From contig JBAXIL010000008.1 of NCBI GenBank assembly GCA_037138355.1, forward strand, positions 1 through 51,495: 51,495 bases of DNA. The letters are read 5' to 3'. Within the stretch, counting starts at the first letter, position 1. The number at the start of each line of letters is the position of its first letter. The notes beneath the pieces are model-generated. The model had not been told where the DNA came from, did not search any database, and saw nothing but the letters and a program-made list of their open reading frames with translations. Below are positions 18,063-28,514 of this stretch, piece by piece. The stretch is from a bacterium. GTDB lineage: Bacteria; Oederibacteriota; PGYV01; Palsa-1178. A program made the position numbers and the translations under genes.

Positions 18063-18910
18063 TTTATTGACTCCCTTAAAATTCTTGACTTTTTAATATA
18101 CTGCTTAAGTTCTGAAATCCTGCTTTTCTCTATCGTTTCAGAAAGAAAAACAAGGTGATTCAAATAAACTTTCATATTTTTTAAAATTTCTGTCTTATTC
18201 ATAATAATTATTTCCGCCCACAACTCTTCATTTGAAGCGGCAATCCTGGTTGAATCCTTAAAGCCCGGACCTATAGCTTCTTTGTGCGTCAAAATATTTT
18301 TTTCATTTGCTGCCACCATAGCAAAAGCTGCCAGGTGAGGAAAATGACTTATTGCTGCAGTACACTTATCGTGCTCTAAAGGCGACATTTTTATTACACG
18401 CATGCCAAGCAACCTCCACAGTTTATTAACTGCTTCTGCCTTTTTCTTATCTGTTTTTGCACTTGCTGTTACTATACAAACTCCCTTTTCATACAAGTTA
18501 TTTTTCATATACTCTATCCCTGCTTTTTCTGAACCCACCATGGGATGCGAACCAACAAAGTTTCTGTTGGTATCAAAAAGCGCGATTTTTTCAGTTATGG
18601 CACCTTTGACAGATCCCATATCAGTCACGATAGCTGTTTTAGAAAGATAAGGTTTTATCTTATTAAAAACAACGGGAATCATCATGACAGGCAAAGCAAT
18701 AATAACCAGATTTGCACCTGTTATTGCTATTTTATAATCTGTAGTTACTTGTGTAGCAGCACCTTTTGACTTTGCAATTTGCAAACGCTTTATGTTCCTG
18801 CCTAAGCCAGTTACATTTGCCGCTATTTTTTTATCAAGCAAAGAAAGTCCTAAGCTTCCGCCCATTAAACCCATTCCCACTATGGTTACTTTATTATAAA
18901 TTGGTTTCAT
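18059..18910 (-). CDS. tyrA: Prephenate/arogenate dehydrogenase
   Basis: G.GLMGGS, DMGSVK, HPMVGSE, SHFPH, TRIA; start moved to 18910. Confidence 0.93.
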   Translation of the reverse strand: MKPIYNKVTIVGMGLMGGSLGLSLLDKKIAANVTGLGRNIKRLQIAKSKGAATQVTTDYKIAITGANLVIIALPVMMIPVVFNKIKPYLSKTAIVTDMGSVKGAITEKIALFDTNRNFVGSHPMVGSEKAGIEYMKNNLYEKGVCIVTASAKTDKKKAEAVNKLWRLLGMRVIKMSPLEHDKCTAAISHFPHLAAFAMVAANEKNILTHKEAIGPGFKDSTRIAASNEELWAEIIIMNKTEILKNMKVYLNHLVFLSETIEKSRISELKQYIKKSRILRESIK

Positions 18911-18931
18911 AATTTTCCTCAAATGAAATAC

Positions 18932-19945
18932 TTATATTTCTCTGCCTATAGCTTTTGCTATCTTTGCTGATTCTTTTACCAGTTCCTTATATTCCGAAGG
19001 CACTAATGACTGGTCCCCATCAGATAATGCTTCCTCTGGATTAGGATGAACTTCTATAAGCACTGCATCTGCGCCGGCCGCAACCGCTGCTCTTGACATA
19101 GGCATAATCAAAGATTTTTTTCCGGTGCCGTGTGTCGGATCTACTGCTACAGGTAAATGTGTCAGACCTTTTATTAATGGCACAATTGATAAATCCAAAG
19201 TATTTCTTGTGGCAGTTTCAAAAGTTCTAATACCTCTCTCGCACATAACCACATTCATATTTCCATTTGCAAGTATATACTCAGCTGACATTAACCACTC
19301 AGCCACTGTTGACATCATGCCTCTTTTTAACAGTACTGGTTTTTGAGTTTTGCCAACTTCTTTTAAGAGTTCAAAATTCTGCATATTTCTTGCACCAATT
19401 TGGAACATATCAGCATATTTATTAATAAGTGCTACATGTCTTGTATCTAAAACTTCAGTAACCACAGGCAATCCGTATGTATCTCTGGCTTCTGCAAGAA
19501 GTTTTAATCCTTCCTCTCCAAGTCCCTGAAAAGCATAAGGCGAAGTCCGCGGTTTAAAAGCTCCTCCACGCAACATATGTGCTCCAGCTTCTTTAATAGC
19601 TTTTGCTGTGGTCATAATCTGTTTACGGCTTTCCACAGAACAAGGTCCAGCAATCATAACCACTTTATTTCCACCAAACTCCACATTTCCGCATTTCACT
19701 ATTGAATTTTCTTTCTTAAAATCGCGGCTGGCAAGCTTATATGGTTTTAAAATCTGCATTACTTTTTCAACTCCGGAGAAACCTTCAAAAGGCACTCCCT
19801 GAAGTATGCGTTCATCTCCTATGATTCCGATAATCGTTGTTTCTTTTCCTTTTGAAATATGCGGTAAAAGCTTGTATTCCTTGATTTTAGCGCATACATG
19901 GTCCACTTGTTTTTTTGACGCTTTCGGTTTCATTACTATAATCAT
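18932..19945 (-). CDS. aroF: DAHP synthase type I-beta with N-terminal regulatory domain
   Basis: IAGPCSVE, GGAFKPRTSPY, QIGARNMQN, CERGIR. Confidence 0.95.
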   Translation of the reverse strand: MIIVMKPKASKKQVDHVCAKIKEYKLLPHISKGKETTIIGIIGDERILQGVPFEGFSGVEKVMQILKPYKLASRDFKKENSIVKCGNVEFGGNKVVMIAGPCSVESRKQIMTTAKAIKEAGAHMLRGGAFKPRTSPYAFQGLGEEGLKLLAEARDTYGLPVVTEVLDTRHVALINKYADMFQIGARNMQNFELLKEVGKTQKPVLLKRGMMSTVAEWLMSAEYILANGNMNVVMCERGIRTFETATRNTLDLSIVPLIKGLTHLPVAVDPTHGTGKKSLIMPMSRAAVAAGADAVLIEVHPNPEEALSDGDQSLVPSEYKELVKESAKIAKAIGREI

Positions 19946-19962
19946 TTTTAAAACCTCCCTTT

Positions 19963-21042
19963 TTATATGGCTTTTAAAGCCCTTATTAATTTTTTATTTT
20001 CTTCCATAGTACCTATAGTGATTCTGGCATACGAATCAAACTGTGGTCTTATGATAATGCCGTGTTTTAAAAGTGCTTGAAAGATCACTTTTGAATTTGA
20101 TTTAAATTTCACAAATATAAAATTTGCGTGTGGCTGAACAAATTCTATATTCATTTTTTTGAACTCACCACATAGATATTTTTTTCCTTCTGTATTTGTT
20201 TTGAATGTCTTTTTTACATGTTCTTTATCCTTCAGGGCTGCTTGCCCTGCTGCCTGCGCTAACATATTAGCATTAAAAGGCGGACGGACTCTCTCAATTA
20301 TTTCTATAATATCAGGATCTGCTACTGCATACCCTATTCTGATTCCAGCCAAACCATATATTTTTGAGAAAGTGCGAAGGACAATCAGATTAGGATGTTT
20401 AGCAAGAAATTTAATGCCATCAGGATAGTGTTTGTCTTGTACATATTCAAAATATGCTTCATCAAGTGCCACAATAGTTTTAGGACTTACCGCTGACAAA
20501 AATCTTTCCAACTCTTCTTTATTTATTATAGAACCTGTTGGATTATTTGGATTACATATATAGACAAGCTTGGTTTTCGGGGAGAGACGCTTTATAAAAC
20601 CATCCATATCATGCTTAAAATTATTGTGAGGAATTTGAATAGAAATCCCACCCACAGTATTTACTGCAATCGGATACACCACAAAGGACATAGCCGAAAA
20701 CATTACTTCATCACCCGGCGAGACGAAGGCCTCTGCAATAAGAGTTAATATTTCATTTGAACCATTACCAAATACTATCATATTCTCTTTTACTTTTAGG
20801 TGTTTAGCAAGTGCTCCTCTCAAATAAAAAGCACCACTTTCAGGATAAAAATTAACTGATTTTAATTTTTTTTCCATGGCTTTAATAGCCAATTTTGAAG
20901 GGCCTAATGGATTTTCATTGGAGGCAAGTTTAACAACATCTTTAATCCCATGCTCACGCTGAACTTCTTCTATAGGTTTTCCAGGTACATAAGGTCTTAT
21001 ATTCATAACGCTTTTCTTTGCTATATCTGCAAACTTATTCAT
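19963..21042 (-). CDS. hisC: Histidinol-phosphate/aromatic aminotransferase (paralog 1)
   Basis: YVPGKP, KLASNENPLG, NPNNPTG, DEAY, RTFSKIYGLAG.R. Confidence 0.92.
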   Translation of the reverse strand: MNKFADIAKKSVMNIRPYVPGKPIEEVQREHGIKDVVKLASNENPLGPSKLAIKAMEKKLKSVNFYPESGAFYLRGALAKHLKVKENMIVFGNGSNEILTLIAEAFVSPGDEVMFSAMSFVVYPIAVNTVGGISIQIPHNNFKHDMDGFIKRLSPKTKLVYICNPNNPTGSIINKEELERFLSAVSPKTIVALDEAYFEYVQDKHYPDGIKFLAKHPNLIVLRTFSKIYGLAGIRIGYAVADPDIIEIIERVRPPFNANMLAQAAGQAALKDKEHVKKTFKTNTEGKKYLCGEFKKMNIEFVQPHANFIFVKFKSNSKVIFQALLKHGIIIRPQFDSYARITIGTMEENKKLIRALKAI

Positions 21043-21167
21043 CTTTCATCACTCCCACAATCATAATCCTGAGTTTTCTTGTGCCTCAGGTTGAAATAGC
21101 CGTTTTAGTTATTTCAAACGGTATATCCCGTCATTTAAGCCGGGGCTTGTGAAACCATTTCACAAGG
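21043..21167 (-). promoter_or_regulatory. Structured ~125-nt 5' leader of the hisC-aroF operon
   Basis: Four consecutive hairpins between the promoter and the RBS GGGAG. Confidence 0.5.
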
Positions 21168-21173
21168 AACTTC

Positions 21174-21202
21174 ATTATAACCTTATTATAGTGGATTTTC
21201 AA
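21174..21202 (-). promoter_or_regulatory. Sigma70-type promoter of the hisC-aroF operon
   Basis: TTGAAA-17 nt-TATAAT. Confidence 0.7.
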
Positions 21203-21313
21203 GAAAAAACAGAATAAAAGTGTTTTTTTAAGCCAAATAAACGCCATATAAATATAGCTTTTATAAAAAACGGCATAAAATCCCAATTTTATCAGTTATT
21301 GTGATTGATAGTT

Positions 21314-23302
21314 TTAATAAACTCTTATTGGCAAAATAACGAAAGTAATACCCTGATGGTAAAATGATTGCTGTAATTGGAAAACGATATAGTTATGCAA
21401 AAGAGTATTCATAAATGAACCTTCTTTAAAAACGAGCTGACCACCAAAGAAAATTGGATCTGAATACTTATCTCTGATTTTAGGAATCAAATTATTTGCC
21501 TCACTTACAACTTCTATGCCTATGGAAGTATAACCTTCTGCGTAATAACCATTTCTCCTAAAAAATTCTACATATAAATTTACTTCTCCAGTAATATGTG
21601 TTTGAAGGCCTTCAATTTCTTCAACTCCTTTAAAATTGCCTGTATCAATAACGCCTATCTGTGCAAAAATAAAATTACGGAAAGTTTTTCCAAACAATGA
21701 TACTACACTTAAAGCCGTATGCATACCAAGTCCATTAAATTCATTTACAAATATTACAGCCGTCTTCCCATTTGGATCAAATTTTGGATTTGGAGCTACA
21801 AACTTATCATCCATGATATCGGGCTGATAAGTTACCGCACCTTCGATAAGAGAATCCAACTTTTTTAAATCTCTACCTGCCTTATCATAATGTTTTTTTA
21901 TGTAATAAGCCAATAAAACCAATGTTCCAGTTATAAAAAGTGTAATCCAACCACCTTCTGTAAATTTTAAAATAATAACCATAACAAGAATAAACGATGT
22001 CATTAAAAGTCCCAAACCATTTACAATTATTTTCCAAAATACTTTTTCATTTTTCCTAACTTTCCACCAGTGAACTACCATACCCATTTGAGCCAGCGAA
22101 AAGGTTATAAATACATTGATAGAATATAAAACCACAAGATATTTTACAGAACCCTTTGCAAGAAATAGAGTAAAAAGGGCTGCTACGCTCATTAAAAGTA
22201 TGCCATTTTGTGCGACAAGTCGATCAGACAAAAGTCCAAATCTTGTAGGCATATATTTATCACGGGCCATATTTGCAATAATTGCTGGGCCACCCATAAA
22301 ACCAGTCTGGGCAGCAACAAAAAGCAGTGCAGCTTCAGACAAAAGAGCAATAAAAACAAAAATTCTTCCTGAAATTCCCCATTGGCCAGAAACGGTTTCA
22401 AATAAAACGGCATTTAAAGTTTTTCCTGGTTGTGCATTTAATCTAAATAGTACATAAGAAATAGTAATACCAAGGACTAAGAATGAAAGCGACACTGCCA
22501 TATAGAACATTGTTTTTTTAGCATTCTTAACTTTTGGTGCCATAAATACATTCATACCATTACTTACAGCTTCTATACCTGTAAATGTTCCTGCCCCCAT
22601 AGAGTAAGCACGCAAAATCAATATGAGCATACCACCCACACCAAGTGCTGATGCTGTATTTTTTATATCAGCTGAAGTTTGAACTGCAGTTGCTCCAAAG
22701 TTTCCTATATTTTGTCCAAAAGCAAAAATAATTAAAACAACATGTGTCAAAACAAAAACAAGAAATATTGGTGAAATAACTGCTATTGATTCCTTAACTC
22801 CGCGCATATTTAAAATCGTAATTATGATTACACCTGCGGCGGCAAACCAAAGCTTATATGGATGAAACTCTAAAGGCAAAAAGCTAAAAAGTGCATCTGC
22901 CCCTGCTGCAATAGATAAACTGATAGTCAAAACATAATCAATAATAAGTGCGGAACCTGACACGACTCCAGCGGCTGGCGATAGAAGTTTGCTTGCCACT
23001 TGATATCCTCCACCACCTGAAGGAAATAATTCAATCAATTGAGAATAGCTCATACTGATAATTACGATAGTTAACACTGAAGCAAGAGCAACAAATATGC
23101 CAAGTGTATAATGTGTACCCAGCGTTAAAAAGGCCTCTTCAGGTCCATAGCACGAAGATGTCAATCCATCAGACCCTAACCCCACCCATGCCAATATAGC
23201 CACAAGTGTAACCTGGTGAAATATACGCGGGTCACGAACACTGCGAGCGCTACCTATAATAAACTCTTTTATTTTCTCTATTAAACCTTTATTGTTTTCC
23301 AT
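21314..23302 (-). CDS. APC-superfamily transporter, KimA/YdaO-like K+/H+ symporter
   Basis: Multiple TM helices; GSDGLTSSCYGPEE, SGGGGY, DYVLT, TGIEAVSNG and LYSINVF match KimA-family motifs; ATG 23302 after AAGGAG. Confidence 0.8.
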   Translation of the reverse strand: MENNKGLIEKIKEFIIGSARSVRDPRIFHQVTLVAILAWVGLGSDGLTSSCYGPEEAFLTLGTHYTLGIFVALASVLTIVIISMSYSQLIELFPSGGGGYQVASKLLSPAAGVVSGSALIIDYVLTISLSIAAGADALFSFLPLEFHPYKLWFAAAGVIIITILNMRGVKESIAVISPIFLVFVLTHVVLIIFAFGQNIGNFGATAVQTSADIKNTASALGVGGMLILILRAYSMGAGTFTGIEAVSNGMNVFMAPKVKNAKKTMFYMAVSLSFLVLGITISYVLFRLNAQPGKTLNAVLFETVSGQWGISGRIFVFIALLSEAALLFVAAQTGFMGGPAIIANMARDKYMPTRFGLLSDRLVAQNGILLMSVAALFTLFLAKGSVKYLVVLYSINVFITFSLAQMGMVVHWWKVRKNEKVFWKIIVNGLGLLMTSFILVMVIILKFTEGGWITLFITGTLVLLAYYIKKHYDKAGRDLKKLDSLIEGAVTYQPDIMDDKFVAPNPKFDPNGKTAVIFVNEFNGLGMHTALSVVSLFGKTFRNFIFAQIGVIDTGNFKGVEEIEGLQTHITGEVNLYVEFFRRNGYYAEGYTSIGIEVVSEANNLIPKIRDKYSDPIFFGGQLVFKEGSFMNTLLHNYIVFQLQQSFYHQGITFVILPIRVY

Positions 23303-23497
23303 TTGTCTCCTTATTCTATGTATATACACCTATGCCGATGGTAAAAGAATTATTTTTGATTTTGATTGTTTTCCGAGGCAGTCTGAAAGCCTGCGACCGT
23401 TACTGCCCGCAATGCCTTATCTTTGTATCATTCTATAGTTTTTGTCCTATATAGAGCTGTCTATTAACAGCCGTATACTTCAAGTTCTACATGTAAT
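23303..23497 (-). promoter_or_regulatory. ~195-nt structured leader, candidate cis-regulatory RNA
   Basis: GC-rich core AAGGCATTGCGGGCAGTAACGGTCGCAGGCTTTCAGACTGCCTCGG in AT-rich DNA, plus upstream hairpins. Confidence 0.55.
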
Positions 23498-23503
23498 TTA
23501 ATT

Positions 23504-23531
23504 ATTATATAGTAAATATTACAAAAAGCAA
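23504..23531 (-). promoter_or_regulatory. Candidate promoter of the K+ transporter
   Basis: TTGCTT-16 nt-TATAAT. Confidence 0.5.
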
Positions 23532-23608
23532 GAGTTTCTTGGATAAAACAATAACAAAATCACAAAAACCCCAATAAAATATAGGTAAAAGTGTTTGCGT
23601 TTAGTGCT

Positions 23609-25042
23609 TTAGCACTTCTTTCCCTGTTCAAACATAAGCTTGGTCTGACTATCTTTAAAATCCACAGGATAATCTCCATCAAAGCAGGCCATGCAATATT
23701 TGTCTTTTCTTTCTCCGACCGCCTTTATAAGACCATCCATAGAAAGATATGACAAAGAATCCACTCTCAAATATTTCCTAATTTCTTCTGCGGTATGGCT
23801 CGTGGCAATTAATTCTGATTTTGTAGGAAAGTCCATGCCATAAAAACAAGGATTTAATATAGGTGGAGATGAAATTCTATAATGTATTTCTTTTGCTCCA
23901 GCATTTCTTATCATTTTAATAATTTTTCTGCTTGTTGTTCCGCGGACAATAGAATCATCCACCACCACAACTCTTTTGTCTTTGATAATGCCCTTAACAG
24001 GATTAAGCTTTATTTTTACGCCAAAGTCTCTTATGGACTGTGTAGGTTCAATAAAGGTTCTGCCTATATAGTGATTTCTAATTAAACCCATGTCGTATTT
24101 TATACCTGAACCTTCGGCGTATCCTATCGCAGCAGATACTCCAGAATCAGGAACAGGTATTACTACATCCGCATCAACATGCGACTCCAAAGCAAGTTGC
24201 TTTCCTAAACCGCGTCTTACATCATTGACTGTTCTTCCAAATATATAACTGTCAGGTCTTGCAAAATAAATAAACTCAAACACACACATTGCGCTTCTGG
24301 AACGCTCAGCATACTTAATTGACTGCATAACAGGTTTTCCAGAAAGTGAATCTTTTGAGAAAACTACTATCTCGCCTGGCTCAACAGTGCCTATATGTTC
24401 CGCACTTACTAAATCAAAAGCGCAAGTTTCTGAACCTACAACATAAGCATCGCCTATCTTTCCTATTTCAAGAGGTCTAAAACCATTAGGATCTCTGGCT
24501 GCAATCAAATAATCTTTATTCATAATCACAAAAGAAAAAGCACCTTTTAATTTGCTCAATGACTCTTTTACCGACTCAATAAACTCCATTTTATTATTCA
24601 TTGCTATCAAATGCACAAGTACTTCGCTATCTATAGTTGATTTAAATATTGAGCCACGCTCTTCTAAAGTGCGCTTGATTTCTTCAGCATTAACCAAGTT
24701 TCCGTTATGTGCTACAGCCAAATCACCATTGATATAATTAATCTTTACTGGCTGGGCATTTTCTAAATTCGAAGAACCTGTTGTAGAATAACGCACATGT
24801 CCTATAGCAGCTGTTCCTGGCAGACGCTGAAGTTGTTTTTCATCAAATATATCAGCAACAATACCCATTTCAATTTTATCATGCGCTTTTCCAAACTCGT
24901 CCATAGTGACTATACCGGCAGACTCTTGGCCCCTGTGTTGAAGCGCATATAAACCCAAGTATGTTAAAGTAGCCGCTTCCGGATGACCAAATATTCCAAA
25001 AACACCACATGCTTCCTTTATCTTATCTTCTCTATTAGACAT
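23609..25042 (-). CDS. purF: Amidophosphoribosyltransferase
   Basis: Propeptide then [31 protein letters not shown], Fe-S cysteines. Confidence 0.98.
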   Translation of the reverse strand: MSNREDKIKEACGVFGIFGHPEAATLTYLGLYALQHRGQESAGIVTMDEFGKAHDKIEMGIVADIFDEKQLQRLPGTAAIGHVRYSTTGSSNLENAQPVKINYINGDLAVAHNGNLVNAEEIKRTLEERGSIFKSTIDSEVLVHLIAMNNKMEFIESVKESLSKLKGAFSFVIMNKDYLIAARDPNGFRPLEIGKIGDAYVVGSETCAFDLVSAEHIGTVEPGEIVVFSKDSLSGKPVMQSIKYAERSRSAMCVFEFIYFARPDSYIFGRTVNDVRRGLGKQLALESHVDADVVIPVPDSGVSAAIGYAEGSGIKYDMGLIRNHYIGRTFIEPTQSIRDFGVKIKLNPVKGIIKDKRVVVVDDSIVRGTTSRKIIKMIRNAGAKEIHYRISSPPILNPCFYGMDFPTKSELIATSHTAEEIRKYLRVDSLSYLSMDGLIKAVGERKDKYCMACFDGDYPVDFKDSQTKLMFEQGKKC

Positions 25043-27308
25043 ATTTATTGACTCCCTTGCTCCAGAGTTCGATTAATTCATCGATTGAAACATTTATTTT
25101 TTTAGGATTTTTATTTGAAGTCCAATCCACATTTATCATTAATCTATTTCCACCGACGGTGCCAATCTGCGTTGCCGTAATTTTATTTGCCAGTGCTATT
25201 TTCTTTAAGGCAGGCAAGTTTTCTTTACTCACAGTTACTATGATTCTTGATTGCGTCTCACCAAATAAAAGTGCATCCATACGCATGTTGGATTTAAGTT
25301 CAATTCTTGCGCCCTTAGCTTTATCTCCGTGCAAAGTGCTTGTAATACAGCATTCTGCTAAAGCTACTGCCAAACCGCCCTTGCTTGTGTCGTGAGCCGA
25401 CTTAATTATTCCTTTTTTAATACCTTCTCTACATGACTTCTGAACTGCTATTTCATTTTTCATATTAATATCAGGTACTGGGCCTTTTATTATTCCGTGT
25501 ATCACTTTCAAATATTCAGAAGCCCCGATTTCATTTTTATTATCACCTAAGAGAACTATAATATCATTATCATCCTTAAAATATTGTTTAGCATATCTTT
25601 TTTCTTTTCCAGTAATGTAACCGACCATCCCCACAACAGGCGTTGGATATATGGCGCCACTTGGACCCTCATTATAGAAACTGACATTGCCAGAAATAAC
25701 TGGTGTCTTTAATGCTGTCGCTGCATCGCACATTCCTTCTACTGCCTTTTCAAACTGCCAGAATATTTCTGGATCTTCAGGATTTCCAAAATTAAGACAA
25801 TTTGTAAAAGCTACTGGCGTGGCTCCACTGCACGAAACATTTCTCGCTGATTCTGCCATGGCTATCTTTCCGCCTTTGAAAGGATCAAGATAAACATATC
25901 TGCCATTACAATCAACTGCAGTAGAAATCATAAAGTCCCTATCCTTCACATCTATAACTGCTGCATCCGAACCTGGCAAAGTAACTGTATTAGTCTGGAC
26001 CATATGATCATACTGTTCCCAGATATTTGACTTTGATGCTATATTCGGACAAGCCATAAGTTTTTTTAATACGAGCTCCATATTTTCTGGAACTTTTACT
26101 TCTTCTGGCTTTATATCAATATCTTTTAAATATGCTGGTTTAACACCTTTTTGTTTTTTTAAAGGAAAAAGCGGATGATTTGAATCAGTCAGCGGATATA
26201 CAGGAATATCAGCCACCACCTGACCTTTTTCAATTATTATTACATTTGGTTTTTTAATAACTTTGCCTATCACACTTGCGTGAAGGCCCCATTTATTAAG
26301 AATCTTTTCTACTTTTTTTTCTTTGCCTTTTTTAGCCACTAAAAGCATTCTTTCCTGTGATTCTGAAAGCATTATCTCATAAGCATTCATACCCTTTTCG
26401 CGCTTTGGAACTTTGTCCATATCAAGCTCTATACCCACGCCGCCTCTGTATGCCATTTCTGTCGAGGACGAAGTAAGACCTGCTGCGCCCATATCCTGAA
26501 TACCAATCATTACTTTTTCATCAATAAGTTCCAAAGTGGCTTCAAGAAGAAGTTTTTCCATAAATGGATCAGCGACCTGAACAGATGATCTGTTTTCAGC
26601 AGTTTCTTCTGATAGCTCAGCAGAAGCAAAAGTAGCTCCGTGTATGCCATCCCTACCAGTAAGTGCGCCTATATACATGACCGAGTTTCCCAGTCCTGAT
26701 GCTTTTGCTTTTATTATTTTTTTCTTTTCAACTATACCTATAGTCATAGCATTAACCAAACAATTATCTTCGTATGAATCTTCAAATACTGTTTCACCAG
26801 CCACAGTAGGCACTCCCATACAGTTACCGTAAAAAGCAATACCTTTTACTACTCCTGATATGAGCCTTTGTGTATTTTTACTTTCAGGATTACCAAACCT
26901 CAGCGAATCAAGTCCTGCCACAGGTCTCGCGCCCATAGTAAATATATCACGGAGAATACCACCTACGCCTGTTGCTGCGCCCTGAAAAGGTTCAACTGCA
27001 GATGGATGATTGTGTGACTCTATTTTAAAAGCTACAGCCAAATCAGTTCCAGTATCTATAATACCAGCATTTTCGCCTGGCCCTTGAATAACAAACTTTC
27101 CCTTATGCGGGAATTTTTTTAAGGTAGGTTTTGAATGTTTATAGCTACAATGTTCTGACCACATCGCAGAAAATATGCCTAATTCCACATAGGTTGGCTT
27201 GCGTCCCATAATAGTCAGTATGTTTTCATACTCTTCTGGTTTGAAGCCGTGTTCCTTTATTATTTCATCAGTTATTTCAAGATCATTTGCTTTATTGTAT
27301 TTAGACAT
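25035..27308 (-). CDS. purL: Phosphoribosylformylglycinamidine synthase subunit PurL (small type)
   Basis: [28 protein letters not shown]. Confidence 0.98.
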   Translation of the reverse strand: MSKYNKANDLEITDEIIKEHGFKPEEYENILTIMGRKPTYVELGIFSAMWSEHCSYKHSKPTLKKFPHKGKFVIQGPGENAGIIDTGTDLAVAFKIESHNHPSAVEPFQGAATGVGGILRDIFTMGARPVAGLDSLRFGNPESKNTQRLISGVVKGIAFYGNCMGVPTVAGETVFEDSYEDNCLVNAMTIGIVEKKKIIKAKASGLGNSVMYIGALTGRDGIHGATFASAELSEETAENRSSVQVADPFMEKLLLEATLELIDEKVMIGIQDMGAAGLTSSSTEMAYRGGVGIELDMDKVPKREKGMNAYEIMLSESQERMLLVAKKGKEKKVEKILNKWGLHASVIGKVIKKPNVIIIEKGQVVADIPVYPLTDSNHPLFPLKKQKGVKPAYLKDIDIKPEEVKVPENMELVLKKLMACPNIASKSNIWEQYDHMVQTNTVTLPGSDAAVIDVKDRDFMISTAVDCNGRYVYLDPFKGGKIAMAESARNVSCSGATPVAFTNCLNFGNPEDPEIFWQFEKAVEGMCDAATALKTPVISGNVSFYNEGPSGAIYPTPVVGMVGYITGKEKRYAKQYFKDDNDIIVLLGDNKNEIGASEYLKVIHGIIKGPVPDINMKNEIAVQKSCREGIKKGIIKSAHDTSKGGLAVALAECCITSTLHGDKAKGARIELKSNMRMDALLFGETQSRIIVTVSKENLPALKKIALANKITATQIGTVGGNRLMINVDWTSNKNPKKINVSIDELIELWSKGVNKYV

Positions 27309-27321
27309 TCAAAACGCTCCT

Positions 27322-28026
27322 TTATAAGTACTTTTTTACATGAGTTACAATCGATTGAAAAACCAGATTGCCGTCTACTGAACCTAACTTACTTGTCATA
27401 GCTCTTTCAGGATGAGGCATCATACCCATAACATTGCCTTTTATATTCATTATACCTGCTATGTTATAAAGCGAACCATTTGCATTTGTTTCATCATTTA
27501 TTTTTCCATGCTCATCACAATATCTAAAAACAATCTGGTCATTTTTAATAAGTGAATTGAGTGTCTTATCATCGCAAAAATAATTACCTTCACCGTGAGC
27601 GATAGGAATACGCAAGATTTGACCTTTTTTACATTTGCTGGTAAAAGCAGTTTTATTATTTTCCACACTTAAATAAATATATTTACTAATAAACTTTAAA
27701 TTTTTATTCATAAGCATAGCCCCAGGAAGAAGCCCTGCTTCAAGCAGAATCTGAAAGCCATTACATATACCTACTACCATTTTATTTTTCTTTAATGCGA
27801 ACTCCTGAACACTATCCATAACTTTTGAAAATCTGGCAATAGCACCCGACCTTAAATAATCTCCGTACGAAAATCCACCAGGCAATATTATGACATCATA
27901 TTTCATTATATCCTTAGATTCGTGCCATATAAAATCTGCTTTTTCTCCAGTCATATCTTTGACAGCCCACAGACAATCCTTATCACAATTGGATCCGGGA
28001 AACACAACTACTCCGAATTTTACCAT
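27322..28026 (-). CDS. purQ: FGAM synthase glutaminase subunit
   Basis: [32 protein letters not shown] 28026 after GAGGAG. Confidence 0.97.
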   Translation of the reverse strand: MVKFGVVVFPGSNCDKDCLWAVKDMTGEKADFIWHESKDIMKYDVIILPGGFSYGDYLRSGAIARFSKVMDSVQEFALKKNKMVVGICNGFQILLEAGLLPGAMLMNKNLKFISKYIYLSVENNKTAFTSKCKKGQILRIPIAHGEGNYFCDDKTLNSLIKNDQIVFRYCDEHGKINDETNANGSLYNIAGIMNIKGNVMGMMPHPERAMTSKLGSVDGNLVFQSIVTHVKKYL

Positions 28027-28079
28027 TTGCTCGCTCCTCAAGTAATTTAAGTATTACTACCAAATTTTTCTTAAAAAAA

Positions 28080-28319
28080 CTATTCTATCGTGAAGTTGTA
28101 TTTTTCAATATTTGGATTTGCAAGAAGCTTATCGCATATTTCATCAATTTGTTTTTTTAGTTCTTTTCCATCATTTTTCGTCTCAATTTCTATATATTTG
28201 CCCATTTTTACGCTATCTATGTCTTTGTAGCCCATCTTTGCTAAAGCAAACTGCACGGTCTTTCCTTGTGGGTCTAAAACCCCGTCTTTTAGAGTTACAT
28301 ATATCTTAACCTTTGCCAT
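28080..28319 (-). CDS. purS: FGAM synthase subunit PurS
   Basis: LKDGVLDPQG, LLANPNIE. Confidence 0.96.
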   Translation of the reverse strand: MAKVKIYVTLKDGVLDPQGKTVQFALAKMGYKDIDSVKMGKYIEIETKNDGKELKKQIDEICDKLLANPNIEKYNFTIE

Positions 28320-28514
28320 GACATTGTCACCTCATGTAAGTTTTAAAAATAACAAAGATATTATATAAGAAACGGAATATTTAAACAAGGATTTAATTTT
28401 ACATGTTTTTTAGTGATATTAGGGTTGTGTTATGCTATTATAATAAAAGAAGTTATGAAGTTTCGGCTTTTCCATAAGTTAACTATTAAATATAAACCAA
28501 ATAAGGATGTGCCC

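Noticed and set aside
21146..21166. parS site
   Set aside because: Does not match TGTTTCACGTGAAACA; no parS was noticed near parAB either
23303..23497. c-di-AMP (ydaO/yuaA) riboswitch
   Set aside because: Expected from the gene family, but its conserved sequence blocks are not present
28320..28412. Purine or ZTP riboswitch before purS
   Set aside because: Short, AT-rich divergent promoter region with no aptamer consensus
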